A DNA stretch of 64,000 bases, taken from a virus. Taxonomy: Duplodnaviria > Heunggongvirae > Uroviricota > Caudoviricetes. Made by a program: the position numbers and the translations under genes. The DNA lies in the IMG/VR virus record IMGVR_UViG_3300015177_000008, positions 47,519 to 111,518 of that record. One strand, written 5' to 3'. The notes under the pieces are model-generated. The model made no database searches. It was given only the letters and a program-made list of their open reading frames with translations, and was not told the DNA's origin. Positions 1 through 9,958 of this stretch are shown here, piece by piece (the first letter of the stretch is position 1; every line of letters starts with the position of its first letter).

Positions 1-1537
1 CAGGTTTAAACGTCAGTTCAGTTTTGATCTGATCTTTCATTCCCGTGATTGGCTGTCCCTCGGCGTCTCGCAGAGACAGAACCAGCGGCTTTTGCGCACT
101 CCCGTTAGCAAGCATTTGGATACGGCTCTGGCCATCAAGCGTTAACGTAGTACGATCGGCGCTCATACCTGCTCCGGTAATGACCACCGCAGTCTGCACA
201 CGTTTCGAGGCATTGCCTTTGTTATCGTATGCAACCGCAGAGATCGCGTAATAATTGTCTTTGCCTGCACGATAAGCCGGGAGCGTTACTTGCCACTGGT
301 TACCCTGACCGGTAATTTTACCGCCTGCGGCCAGCAAAGACGGTGCTTCCCATTGCACATTTTTCAGGCCGTGAGTTGCTTTGCTGACCACGAGGCCAAG
401 AGACACCGTCTGCCCGCCCTTACCTTCAATACGGTCTGGCAAGGCAATACGGATCACCTCAGCTTTGCGATACTCAAGAACTATATTGTTATTACGTTCA
501 ACCAGATCATATCGGCTGCCTGCCAGTACCCGACGCTCGCGAATGCTGTCTGTATCGAGTTGTTTCTCCAGAGGCTCGCCAATCCGGTAGTTAACTTCCA
601 GGCCAAAGCGAGTGTCATTCTGACCGCTCTTGCCCTGTTTGTGCTCTGCACTCAGTGTCAGAAGAGGCACTGGCGTGTAATTCACTTCAGCGGTAATCGC
701 ATGTGGATCTTTCTGGCGTTTATCTTTACCAAACAGCCCAACTTCATCGCCATAATACTGTTCATACATCAGGCTTGCGCCAAGCTGCGGCCAGGCAGGT
801 AAATAACCCTCAGCACGAATATCCCAGCCATTCGCCGGGCGTTCCTGATAATCCTCAACATCCGGTGATTTTTTCCAGCCAGAAGCCCGGATATAACCAT
901 TGGCGCTCAGCTTAAGATAATCACGCCAGTATTCCGTACCAATACCAATGCGGGTATGACTACGAGATAAATCATGGTCAATAAAGGTATTCACCCCCGC
1001 CATCCAGTCATTACCTGAAAAATGACGCCAGCCAAAACCAATATTTGACTGAGTGCGATCGTCAGTGCGATGTATTGCCCCCTGAGTGAACAGCATATTT
1101 GTCGGCGTGTCATATATCGGATAAAGCATTTCCAGCGAAGAATCCTTCAGCGAGAAATCTTTATCGGCATTCAGTTTGACGCGCGCGGTGCCATATTTCC
1201 CGAGCCACTCCTGGATTTCCTGGGTGGCCTTAGCCGTAGCCATTCCGGTAACAAAGTTGCGAGTCGTATCGCTATCCGGCTGACTGCTTAAAAATTTACC
1301 GGCATTCGCGGCAACCGACGCGATATTTTTTTCTGTATTATTGTCAGTAGCAACCGCAGTATTTTCCGTACTTAGACGTGGCAAAGCCGCATTATGCGCT
1401 TGAGCTGTCATTGACGGTGTAAAAGTGACAGCTAATGGGAAAAGAACCTGAACAGAGATGTTTGCCCATGCCACACATCTAGCCAAGGCGGAATAGCGGA
1501 AACGTTGTTGTTTATAGGTTTTATTTAAACGTAACAT
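1..1537 (-). CDS. Intimin/invasin-family inverse autotransporter, N-terminal part; gene runs off the window start (partial)
   Basis: Minus-strand ORF from ATG at 1537 open to position 1 (not in track because no stop in window). Translation MLRLNKTYKQQRF... contains intimin/invasin beta-barrel-type motifs (YGTARVKLNADKDF, GIGTEYWRDYLKLSANGYIRASGW, GSRYDLVERNNNIVLEYRK). Confidence 0.7.
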   Translation of the reverse strand, partial: MLRLNKTYKQQRFRYSALARCVAWANISVQVLFPLAVTFTPSMTAQAHNAALPRLSTENTAVATDNNTEKNIASVAANAGKFLSSQPDSDTTRNFVTGMATAKATQEIQEWLGKYGTARVKLNADKDFSLKDSSLEMLYPIYDTPTNMLFTQGAIHRTDDRTQSNIGFGWRHFSGNDWMAGVNTFIDHDLSRSHTRIGIGTEYWRDYLKLSANGYIRASGWKKSPDVEDYQERPANGWDIRAEGYLPAWPQLGASLMYEQYYGDEVGLFGKDKRQKDPHAITAEVNYTPVPLLTLSAEHKQGKSGQNDTRFGLEVNYRIGEPLEKQLDTDSIRERRVLAGSRYDLVERNNNIVLEYRKAEVIRIALPDRIEGKGGQTVSLGLVVSKATHGLKNVQWEAPSLLAAGGKITGQGNQWQVTLPAYRAGKDNYYAISAVAYDNKGNASKRVQTAVVITGAGMSADRTTLTLDGQSRIQMLANGSAQKPLVLSLRDAEGQPITGMKDQIKTELTFKP

Positions 1538-2078
1538 TGACATAATTTCTTAATGAACGAGTTAACGAACATTTGCAACTGCGAGTAAAAGCATTTGCTT
1601 CCAGAAATATTTAGATTGGAGTGTCTATGCCCCCAACAGGGCCGCGAATGCTATCACAAACGAAAAAGTGCAACAACACATGAATTAACTGAGATTTAAT
1701 GATTGTTAGGCATCTATAACCAAAATGTTGCAACAACTTAAAATCAATGTTACTTGATAATGTATCCCAAATAACAGGAGGAGCTATTTCAGTACATGAG
1801 AGGATGATTATTCTAACAACATGGGAAGTAAAACATTTTTATTATTACATGATCCATAAATTAGAAATAAATGACCTAAGTCGTGAATAAAGCCTTTTAA
1901 GAAATAAAGTCAGCTCTATATCCAAAAAATAACTTTGAGATAATGAACACTATATCACATACCACATCAATTAATAACAACCTTCTACTTATATAACTTA
2001 GAAGTTGGTAGTTATTTATATAAATGCATTATAGTTTGCAAGTGTTTTTAAATGTTCATTTAACGATACTCATGATTT

Positions 2079-2567
2079 CTAATCAAAATTATTCAGTGCT
2101 TTTTTATTTATCATCTCGAACATTTTTAGTTCATCGTCAGATAATCCCTCCCAAACTTTCTTCATGATTATATTTTGCACACGTATCATTCTTTGTATAA
2201 ATAAAACTCCATCTGATGTTAAACATAAATTTTTACCTCGGCGATCGAGTTCATTATCAACACGTTTGATAAGGTTTTGCTTTTCTAAGATATCTGTAAT
2301 TCGCGTTATATTTGTTTTAGAAACCTGCAACAGGTTACTAATTTCAGATGGGGATAAACAATGACCATCAGTAAAATATAATAATGATAATGCCATAAAC
2401 ATGGTATTGTTTATTTTATGCTTCTCTAGCGCATCTGATATGACGTCCTGCATTTTATTGCTAATCCGGATACATAATTGCATTAGCAAATGCTCCTGAA
2501 CAGGATAATCTGTCTCTTTATTTTTTTGATAATCAAGTATTTTTTCTAGAAAAAGCACGTTTTTCAT
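2079..2567 (-). CDS. MarR-family transcriptional regulator
   Basis: 162 aa ORF with ATG at 2567; winged-helix MarR-like pattern (SPSEISNLLQVSKTNITRITDILEKQNLIKR...DRRGK); AT-rich gene flanked by AT-rich intergenic DNA. Confidence 0.55.
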   Translation of the reverse strand: MKNVLFLEKILDYQKNKETDYPVQEHLLMQLCIRISNKMQDVISDALEKHKINNTMFMALSLLYFTDGHCLSPSEISNLLQVSKTNITRITDILEKQNLIKRVDNELDRRGKNLCLTSDGVLFIQRMIRVQNIIMKKVWEGLSDDELKMFEMINKKALNNFD

Positions 2568-2741
2568 TGTTGTATCCGGTATTGAATAATCATCTCATAA
2601 AAACCATGTAGCCTGTGTGTGATATCTATGTCCCAATGAAACTGGTAAAATAAAGTATAGCAGTTCAAGATTCCTTGCGCCACCTGAATTTTCTACAGAT
2701 AATGCAAAACACATAGCAGTAAAACCTTTCGTTTATAAATT

Positions 2742-3041
2742 TTATTTTTTCCTATAAACATATAGTTCTCCATGCGCTTTCTTTCTGTCTCGGTGTATTC
2801 CCATTTCTTTTTCTATTCGTATCGTAGCTTTACGTAACTCTTTTGATGTGCTAACATCTTTGGCTGCAATGTTTTTTGGCACCGCCTGCTTCATGCAGCG
2901 GCGTATTTGTTCTCTAACATATATTCGTTGGTCTACCTGTCCTTCCTGTCGATAATCCATCAGTACTTCCTGCCAGCGAACAGCAGCCCTGCGCCATAGT
3001 CCTCTTTGCTCAAGATCTTCGGCCTTCTTGTCTCTAACCAT
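2742..3041 (-). CDS. PerC-like small transcriptional activator (putative)
   Basis: ATG at 3041 preceded by GGAGG; 99 aa basic protein with GLWRRAAVRW motif reminiscent of the PerC family. Track ORF 2742..3056 begins at an upstream TTG. Confidence 0.4.
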   Translation of the reverse strand: MVRDKKAEDLEQRGLWRRAAVRWQEVLMDYRQEGQVDQRIYVREQIRRCMKQAVPKNIAAKDVSTSKELRKATIRIEKEMGIHRDRKKAHGELYVYRKK

Positions 3042-3418
3042 TTCCCCTCCAAACAAACGTATGCTACAGATTAACTACCTAAAAATTGAGTTTAACACTA
3101 ACTCATGTAATTAATACTAATGCAAGAAAATATTCACTAATATTTTTATCTTTTAGTTATAAACTAAATTTACATGTGGCTGTTTTGCAAAATGTAGACT
3201 TCCTATATTTTTTATGAAATGATTAGGAAAATAAATTTATTTTATAGCCTTAACACTATGGTCAATACATTTCTTAACACCCAATGCCATCACGAATGAA
3301 CTAAGGAAAAGCGGAATGGCCTTTGACGTTAAAATGCTCTAACTGGAGGTTGTTCATGTGTTTTTCTCTTATCGTTTAGTTACTACATTCTTACACAAAC
3401 CAAGTAAGTGTTTACCTA

Positions 3419-5105
3419 TCATTTAACGCGTTTGAAAACGTATACGCTGACTGTGATCCCTGTGTCTTCAAACTCGTTGGTAAACGACTTCCCTCTGGCA
3501 TAAACGTAATTATCCATCGTCATCCAGTCCAGTATTGGCGCAGTGCCCGGCAATACTGCTACAAGACGCCCGCCGACTTTCAGATGCCCCAGCGCAGCCA
3601 GCGTGTGCTCTCTATGACGACCAAGCGAGTACGGCGGGTTCATAACGATTTTGTCGAACTGATAACCTGCGTTGTCCTCAGACCACTTTATGAAGTCGCA
3701 GCAAATCGTGTTCGTATACCCTTTTCCACGCAGGATATCAGCAAAGAGAGGTGCGATTTCTATGCAGGTAACATCTTCCAGATCGGCGTTAATATAGGCC
3801 AGAAGATCCCCACGTCCGGCTTGAGGCTCCAACAGCTTCTCACCAGGCTTCAATTCAGTGGCTCTTGCAACGTACTCAGCAATCAAGCGTGGGGTAGGGT
3901 AGAACTGGTGTGATTTTGTATCCGGTATTAAACCGGTAGCCACAATCGTATTTAGCGTATGGCCGATGTCATACGGGAACTGCCAGTGCTTTTTCTCCTG
4001 CACGCCGCCAATGAAGCTCAGTGTGCGCTCAAGCTCTTCCACCTGCGACTTCTGGAGAGCTGAATCAGAGAAGTACCATACTCCTTTGTCTTTGCTCAAT
4101 CGCCCGTCACGAAGCGCAGTGCGAACCGGGACGGAGATCGTCTTCTGGATTAGCCCGAACTGCTTTGGTGCCCGTGTTTTTTGGCGCTCTGCGGCATGGC
4201 GCGGGGATTGCTGCAGGCATACTGTAAGCCAGCACCTCATTCAACTTCCAGGCCACGTCAGGATGTATTTCAAAGTGAACGTTGCCGTTCTTGAACATCT
4301 TCACGCGCATCAGATTTCCATCGACGTTCATCCAGTCACCGGTCTGGCAGTCGTTTGCCCGATACGCAGCTGATAGCACCTCAGCAGTGCGGTTGATGGT
4401 AATAAATTCTTTGTGCGCGAAGAAATGAAGCAAAACACGCAGATCGTCGATATAGTCCTCTTTGCGATAGTTCACACTAACGCTGTCCCGCCAGAAATCA
4501 GAAATGCAGTCAGCGATTATCAGACGCTCGCTGAAACCGTTCGTCTTATTTGTCTTGTGCGCAGGACTCAGCGCCTTAAACAAGCCATACACGCGCTCGG
4601 AGAGATATTTGTGCCTGTCATTCAGCAAATTAAGCATCGTTGGTATGACCGTTTCTGCTTTGAACTCCGGTACACCAACGAACTCTTTAACCTTCATCTG
4701 ATAGCCGGTTCTGTCAGTTTTGATGACTTCCTGCTTGCCCTCGATAAATTGCTCACGCCACTCGTCGCGACGGGAAGCTGGCATGATCAGCAAAACGTTA
4801 GTCATATCCGTGACCTTCCTCCAGTACTCGGCCCAAATATTCTGTTTCACCCATTCCAGATCGACTTTATCCAACCAACCTCGATTTAAACGCGAGCGAT
4901 CTTCATCTGGTCGATGGTTTAGTCTCAGCAGGCGATTAATCATGTTGTGGCGTTCGTCGCCATAAACGAAGTCGTGTACCTGATACATGAAGTCGATCTC
5001 TTTCTCGCACTCGGCCACGATTTCGTGGATGACATTCATTTCCTGACGATAGTCGATAGCCGTGTTTGAGCTGGCATCGTCGATGATGGAAAGGGCTGTA
5101 TTCAT
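3419..5105 (-). pseudogene. SAM-dependent methyltransferase-like gene (NPPY motif, DUF4942-like), disrupted by a frameshift
   Basis: Two overlapping minus-strand ORFs in different frames (4107..5105 and 3419..4240). The downstream frame carries EPQAGRGDLL and IVMNPPYS motifs; the tail of the first and head of the second look like out-of-frame sequence. Confidence 0.5.
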
Positions 5106-5209
5106 AATTGCACCATTAAGAAAAGATTTGTTTAATAGTGCAATTATTTCAAAAAATGAAAAGGTACTAAATAGAAATTAACAGGCAATCCTTTAAATAA
5201 AGGTATTTG

Positions 5210-5824
5210 CTAATCATACTTTGAGGTATTTATAACCAGGATTTTGTTTGTATAAATCTTCTTAATATCCCATGTGACGTTACCGGAATACCATTGACCG
5301 TTATATACTTGGTTTCCAGTTGCACCGGTCATAGTTACATAGACAGGTCTGTCGTAATCGGTTCGTCTAAAGTTATAAACCCCAACCATAGCAGGCATTA
5401 CCGCACACGGATACCCCATATCTATTGTAAATTGAGGGTCAGAAATAGTGATAAGTTTCGCATCAAGGGGCATCATCTCACCGTGATACACCATTGCGCC
5501 TGCGCTGTTATACATGGCAATGCCATAGCCAGAATGTGGTAACACCATATCAGAAAAAGCATAAACTGTTATTGTTCCGGGGCTACCATTTACCTGATGC
5601 AATCTGAGAGCATTGTATCCGTTACTATGTTCATGAATAAACATCATGTTCGCCTTATTACTGCTTTTTATGAAGAAAAAGCATGATTTGTTTGATGGGA
5701 TTGATGTTTTAAAAACAGAACCTTTAGATGCAGACATTGTCCCTTTATTAATCAGATTTTGCGGAGTAAATTCAGGACTCATCCACAAACTTCCATCTGA
5801 TTGAGTAATTGACATCCCGAACAT
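5210..5824 (-). CDS. Hypothetical protein, AT-rich, Asn/Tyr/Gly-rich
   Basis: ATG at 5824 lies 2 nt after the stop of the upstream ORF; track ORF 5210..5881 starts at an upstream TTG. No recognisable motif. Confidence 0.4.
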   Translation of the reverse strand: MFGMSITQSDGSLWMSPEFTPQNLINKGTMSASKGSVFKTSIPSNKSCFFFIKSSNKANMMFIHEHSNGYNALRLHQVNGSPGTITVYAFSDMVLPHSGYGIAMYNSAGAMVYHGEMMPLDAKLITISDPQFTIDMGYPCAVMPAMVGVYNFRRTDYDRPVYVTMTGATGNQVYNGQWYSGNVTWDIKKIYTNKILVINTSKYD

Positions 5825-5826
5825 AA

Positions 5827-6108
5827 TTATCCCCAGTATGTGTATATGTAAGAACCAAGCCCCGTATATAAATTTGACCAACTAACCGTATTTCCATTAA
5901 TAGTAACATTTGGAACAGGTAAATTGATGTAGTTGTCGTTGTTAAGAGGCATTAATGACCACACGGCATGTAGTGATTTACCCGGTGGCGGATTAGAGTA
6001 CGTCTTAGAGCCTGATGATGCCGTAAACCGATCAAGAAAAAAAATAGGTGTAAGGAAGCCAGTAACGTTAATTCCTTTATTGTTGTAAATCCCTGTACCG
6101 TATGCCAT
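5827..6108 (-). CDS. Hypothetical protein, AT-rich, Asn/Gly/Thr-rich
   Basis: 93 aa ORF with ATG at 6108; directly followed by the 5210..5824 gene. Confidence 0.4.
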   Translation of the reverse strand: MAYGTGIYNNKGINVTGFLTPIFFLDRFTASSGSKTYSNPPPGKSLHAVWSLMPLNNDNYINLPVPNVTINGNTVSWSNLYTGLGSYIYTYWG

Positions 6109-6162
6109 TTTTCATCCTTGTTTTTATCAACATAATATGGCCGATCATGCGGCCATATCAGA

Positions 6163-6732
6163 TCAATTAGAGCTTTGAAAGGCTTTGTGTGGCTGTGTTG
6201 CGAGGTTATGTCGATGGCTTAACTCACGCATCATGTCTTCAAGGCGACTCTTTGTGTCGTCGAGCTGGTCGGCCATTGCTCCCAAAAGCTGACGAACGGC
6301 CATTGGATCGTCACTGTTTAGTGACGGCATTTTATAACCCGCCTTAGAAGACATCAGATTGAATGCAGACATCAACATTGTTAGAGAAAACTTAAGTCCG
6401 GCAATTTCACGATCTTTGCTGGCAATAATCGTCTCACTTTTGTTACCGTCATGAGTTCCTTGAGTCTCGCTCACCATATCCAAAGTCGCTTGCAACTTAT
6501 CAGCTCTCTCTTTTTCAGCAAGGTAATGAACGCCGAAATGATGTGCTAAAGCTACAACCTGAGTTGGTTCTTCAAAGGTGGAATTAAAATTAAGTACTGT
6601 AAACAGTCTCTCAAATATGGAAACGTCTTCTGTTCCCCGAACAATGCCTAACATTTTGACAAGTTCATTAGCATCCATTTCTTCGAATAGGGCGTTTTGT
6701 TCATCAGCTATTGCTTTGCATTTCTCGCACAT
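6163..6732 (-). CDS. Hypothetical protein (first gene with backbone-type 5' signals)
   Basis: 189 aa ORF; start in the conserved context AAGGAAAACACATG and preceded by a class-1 palindrome. Confidence 0.5.
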   Translation of the reverse strand: MCEKCKAIADEQNALFEEMDANELVKMLGIVRGTEDVSIFERLFTVLNFNSTFEEPTQVVALAHHFGVHYLAEKERADKLQATLDMVSETQGTHDGNKSETIIASKDREIAGLKFSLTMLMSAFNLMSSKAGYKMPSLNSDDPMAVRQLLGAMADQLDDTKSRLEDMMRELSHRHNLATQPHKAFQSSN

Positions 6733-6750
6733 GTGTTTTCCTTAATGCTT

Positions 6751-6764
6751 AAACAAGTTGTTTT
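6751..6764. promoter_or_regulatory. Class-1 palindrome AAACAA-N-TTGTTT (putative operator)
   Basis: aaacaagttgtttt, about 20 nt upstream of the 6163..6732 start on the minus strand. Confidence 0.45.
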
Positions 6765-6871
6765 CTTATGTGCTTTATTGTGATGTGGCATATAAGGGGA
6801 GCAAGCTAAACGTAAAGGTGCAAACTCTCTATTTTGGTCAACGAAACACAAGGGCCATTTGGCCCTTGTCA

Positions 6872-7030
6872 TTAACACGTTGCTTTACGGACTAGCGGAT
6901 AGGCGAAGTAGATCGCCAAACCAATGAGGACGCCATCAGAAATGACAGACATCATCTTTCCCGTGAAATCAACCAACACCGCCATCACCAGAAGAGCAAT
7001 GACGGTCACAAGCCGGAATCTCTCAAGCAT
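6872..7030 (-). CDS. Small membrane protein (52 aa)
   Basis: ATG overlaps the stop of the upstream gene (TAATG); hydrophobic MLERFRLVTVIALLVMAVLV...; below the track size cut-off. Confidence 0.3.
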   Translation of the reverse strand: MLERFRLVTVIALLVMAVLVDFTGKMMSVISDGVLIGLAIYFAYPLVRKATC

Positions 7031-7455
7031 TAGAGATAAGCATCCAGTGACAACTGAAGCGCCTGGGCGATCTTTTTCAGCGCCTGCTCTTCTTGTTCAC
7101 CAATGCCGTCCTGGTCGGCAATATCAAGGCACAGACACAGAACATCGACCGCCTCTGGAGTGCCCGCAATATCAGCCAGCTCACGCATAGCCTGTGCATT
7201 AGCGGAACGAGGGGACGCTTCGTAACGAGCACGGATATTGGCGCTCATTTGGGCAATTTCACCAGCAAACGGAGAAAACGCAGGCAGAGCTGCAATTGTT
7301 TTCTCAAGAATGGCAATTTCTTTTGCGTCACATGTGCCGTCGGCATAGGAGATCATGTACGCGCCCCACACGGTGGCCTCAACCGCATCACGGTTCTCCA
7401 TTTTTTTGACTTCAATAACAGCTTTACGAGTTTTCTTTTTGAAGAAACCTAACAT
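7030..7455 (-). CDS. Hypothetical protein
   Basis: 141 aa ORF; start context GGAAAACACATG; class-1 palindrome upstream. Confidence 0.5.
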   Translation of the reverse strand: MLGFFKKKTRKAVIEVKKMENRDAVEATVWGAYMISYADGTCDAKEIAILEKTIAALPAFSPFAGEIAQMSANIRARYEASPRSANAQAMRELADIAGTPEAVDVLCLCLDIADQDGIGEQEEQALKKIAQALQLSLDAYL

Positions 7456-7478
7456 GTGTTTTCCTTTTATTATTTGTC

Positions 7479-7493
7479 AAAACAAGTTGTTTT
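7479..7493. promoter_or_regulatory. Class-1 palindrome (putative operator)
   Basis: aaaacaagttgtttt upstream of the 7030..7455 start. Confidence 0.45.
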
Positions 7494-7548
7494 CTAGTTT
7501 CATATATTGCTTGCGCAAAGATGGTCAATGCATATGCACTAACAACCG

Positions 7549-7737
7549 TCAGAAATAACCAAGTACCGAACCGACTGGAAAAATAAAAATCCCAACTACA
7601 CGAGCCAAGGTCATGCCAGCCTGAAACTGGAGATCGCCAGAGCAAACAAGTTTTATAATGTTCGATACCCAACCGGCGGCCATGAGGGCCAGAATTGCCA
7701 GCCAAATTTTTCCAAAGTGATTTGAAAACCAGTTCAT
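7549..7737 (-). CDS. Small membrane protein (62 aa)
   Basis: Hydrophobic ORF; start overlaps the stop of 7734..7985 by 4 nt. Confidence 0.4.
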   Translation of the reverse strand: MNWFSNHFGKIWLAILALMAAGWVSNIIKLVCSGDLQFQAGMTLARVVGIFIFPVGSVLGYF

Positions 7738-7985
7738 ACAACCGCCTTAGTCACAGCATGATCCTGAGTAACTGGATGAACTTGAGGTATCGCATCCACC
7801 GCCATCCCATCCAGAGTGACAGGACGCTCCACTGGAGTGGTGGTAATTGTCGTCGACGAAGGTGTGGTGATGGATGAATCCGGCATCAAAAGGCTCTGAC
7901 CGGCTGGAACGGCTACCGTCGCCAGTGAAACTATAATGAGAACGTAGGCCATTGGTTTCAGCCTCTTTCTTTGAAAATTTTCCAT
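7734..7985 (-). CDS. Small secreted/membrane protein with Thr/Pro-rich tail (putative)
   Basis: N-terminal hydrophobic segment MAYVLIIVSLATVAVPAG; 4-nt overlap coupling to the next gene; lies entirely inside 7747..8241 in another frame. Confidence 0.35.
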   Translation of the reverse strand: MENFQRKRLKPMAYVLIIVSLATVAVPAGQSLLMPDSSITTPSSTTITTTPVERPVTLDGMAVDAIPQVHPVTQDHAVTKAVV

Positions 7986-8241
7986 CCGAACGGTCCTTGT
8001 TGTTTTTCTCCTTCACTAAAGGCCGTGCATTTTTCGCTTCACATGAAGAACTGGAGGTTACAATCGCCCCCACGTTCGCAACAACTGACGCTTGCTTATC
8101 TAAACGTGCCTTCAGCACCAGAACGGTAGTTTCCAATTCATCAAGACGTGACAGAAGGCGACCGCTAAATAATTCGGCCAAAATTTGACGTAAAGAACGA
8201 GGGCGTTTAGTTGCAGGAGTTAAAAAAAATTGACGTGCCAT
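7747..8241 (-). CDS. Hypothetical protein (C-terminal half possibly out of frame)
   Basis: N-terminal 85 aa look protein-like (coiled-coil); C-terminal part is low-complexity and overlaps 7734..7985. Confidence 0.35.
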   Translation of the reverse strand: MARQFFLTPATKRPRSLRQILAELFSGRLLSRLDELETTVLVLKARLDKQASVVANVGAIVTSSSSCEAKNARPLVKEKNNKDRSDGKFSKKEAETNGLRSHYSFTGDGSRSSRSEPFDAGFIHHHTFVDDNYHHSSGASCHSGWDGGGCDTSSSSSYSGSCCD

Positions 8242-8370
8242 GTGGACTCCATCCAGTGTCAGAAAGAGTTGCGGCTGGCGATTGCCAGCCGCCTTTCTCG
8301 TTCCATCCTGGAACTGTGTCTTACCGACACATTGTCATCCTGACGCCGATAAGATACATGATTTAACATA

Positions 8371-8390
8371 ATAGGTAAACACTTACTTAC
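8371..8390. promoter_or_regulatory. Class-2 AT-rich palindrome (ATARGTA...TACYTAT family)
   Basis: ataggtaaacacttacttac, overlapping the rnhA stop codon. Confidence 0.3.
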
Positions 8391-8980
8391 TGATTATTGT
8401 AAACAAAACCAATATCTTTCTTGTGAGGCGTATCTGCTGCGGAAAAAGCTGCGATCTTCGCCAGTCGATCACAGATTTCATTTTCACGATGCCCGGCGTG
8501 GCCTTTAACCCACTTCCAGCGAACATTATGTCGACTGGCAGCCTCATCCAGACGCTTCCACAGATCAACATTCTTTACTGGTTTTTTATCAGAAGTCATC
8601 CATCCATTACGTTTCCACCATTTCATCCACTGTGTCATGCCGTTTTTCAGATACTGGCTATCAGAGTGCAAAATAACGTTGCATGGATATTTCAAACGCT
8701 CCAGCCCGATAAGTGCCCCCATCATCTCCATGCGGTTATTGGTGGTGCTATGAAAACCATCTGAGAACTCGCGTTCCTCTCCACGATACTGGAGAACGAT
8801 ACCGTAACCGCCTGGGCCACCCGGATTTTTAAGGCAAGAGCCATCACTGAAGATTTTCACGGTTTTAAGCTGGGGATTGAACTCTACGACAGGCGTTGTG
8901 GGATTGGTGCGGGGAGAATTTTTGTTTTTGGCTTTTTTGCGAGTTTTTTCTTGCGATCGGGCTGGTGTCTTCGTCGTCAT
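8387..8980 (-). CDS. rnhA: Ribonuclease H
   Basis: ATG at 8980 with AGGAG upstream; RNase HI motifs ([32 protein letters not shown]). Track ORF extends upstream to 9034. Confidence 0.8.
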   Translation of the reverse strand: MTTKTPARSQEKTRKKAKNKNSPRTNPTTPVVEFNPQLKTVKIFSDGSCLKNPGGPGGYGIVLQYRGEEREFSDGFHSTTNNRMEMMGALIGLERLKYPCNVILHSDSQYLKNGMTQWMKWWKRNGWMTSDKKPVKNVDLWKRLDEAASRHNVRWKWVKGHAGHRENEICDRLAKIAAFSAADTPHKKDIGFVYNNQ

Positions 8981-9039
8981 ATAAACTCCTGAATCAAGCG
9001 CCGCGCCGATTTTTTTCCTCGCGCGTGCGCACACGCGTG

Positions 9040-9560
9040 CGTGTTAATAATTATTAAAATAAACAAATTACTTCCCAGAACAGGTTTTTATAAACCTGAA
9101 CTGAACGAACGAAGTGAGTGAAGTTCACCTCGAACGAAGTGAGAGGTTGTCTTTTCAGGTAATACTCTCCCAGGGAGGTGAGTATAAAAATCCCTCACCA
9201 ACCTGGTCGTTTCATAACCTGAAAAGTTATGGCCTAAGTCTACTGCCAGCTTAGACTTGGGAAGTTATGGATGACAGCACCCCAGAACCGAGATCTTCCC
9301 ACACTTTATGAAGGGGAGTACTGGATTCAACCTCTCGAAACACCCCAGACTCGACAATCATAAAGTGACCCTTGTCTCCGCTCACTTTGGTTCCCCCTTC
9401 CCCGACACCTAAACGGCACCGGTTCTACGCTGGTAGTGAGCTTTTTTAAACCTGACGCCAGTGACGCTTACCCCCACCCATCAGGTCGAGTCTCCAGTCT
9501 ACGACTGGAAACTATCAGATCTTAGCACTTACAATTCATTTTATGAATAGTTTGTACTTA
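9040..9560. other. About 520-bp non-coding region with dense nested hairpins and short direct repeats (candidate structured RNA or origin-like region)
   Basis: No ORF of 60 aa or more; paired segments cttttcaggt/acctgaaaag, ggtgag/ctcacc, aagtcta/tagactt, ccagtc/gactgg; direct repeats gaacgaagtgag x2 and caccccaga x2; GC near 50 percent. Confidence 0.3.
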
Positions 9561-9564
9561 TCTA

Positions 9565-9795
9565 TCATTTCGATTGATTATTTTCTCGACCATGTAGTTG
9601 AACATTCAAGGCAAACACCTCGTTGATCAACTCACCTAAAAGCTGTTCAACAAGTTCGCGATGCTCCCCAAGATGCAAGCACTTAATTGCCCATTCGTAC
9701 AAGTTGAAAGCCTGCTCGCGGTCTTTCATCATTTCACGAGCCTTAGCCAGAAAATCGCTCTCTACGAGCGCAACAACATTGGTCGGGTATGGCAT
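9565..9795 (-). CDS. Hypothetical protein (76 aa)
   Basis: ORF in minus-strand gene array. Confidence 0.4.
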   Translation of the reverse strand: MPYPTNVVALVESDFLAKAREMMKDREQAFNLYEWAIKCLHLGEHRELVEQLLGELINEVFALNVQLHGRENNQSK

Positions 9796-9903
9796 GTTAG
9801 TTTTCCTTAAAGTGGTTCATAAAATCGATTTTAAAGCGTCTGGGAAGGGGTTCTAGTGGATTCTGTAGTGATGTTCAGGTCTGGAGTCTCTGATACAAAA
9901 CAG

Positions 9904-9958
9904 CCTGTTTCCGTATATTAATAATTAATATGTAGTTATTTATATATACAGAAGCAGG
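9904..9958. repeat. 55-bp element with 16-bp terminal inverted repeats (copy 1 of 2)
   Basis: cctgtttccgtatat ... tatatacagaagcagg around an AT-rich core; second copy at 57862..57916. Confidence 0.5.

Noticed and set aside
9040-9560. Retron msr/msd-like ncRNA next to RNase H
   Set aside because: No reverse transcriptase gene nearby; the RNase H is an ordinary RNase HI homolog. Kept only as a generic structured-RNA candidate.
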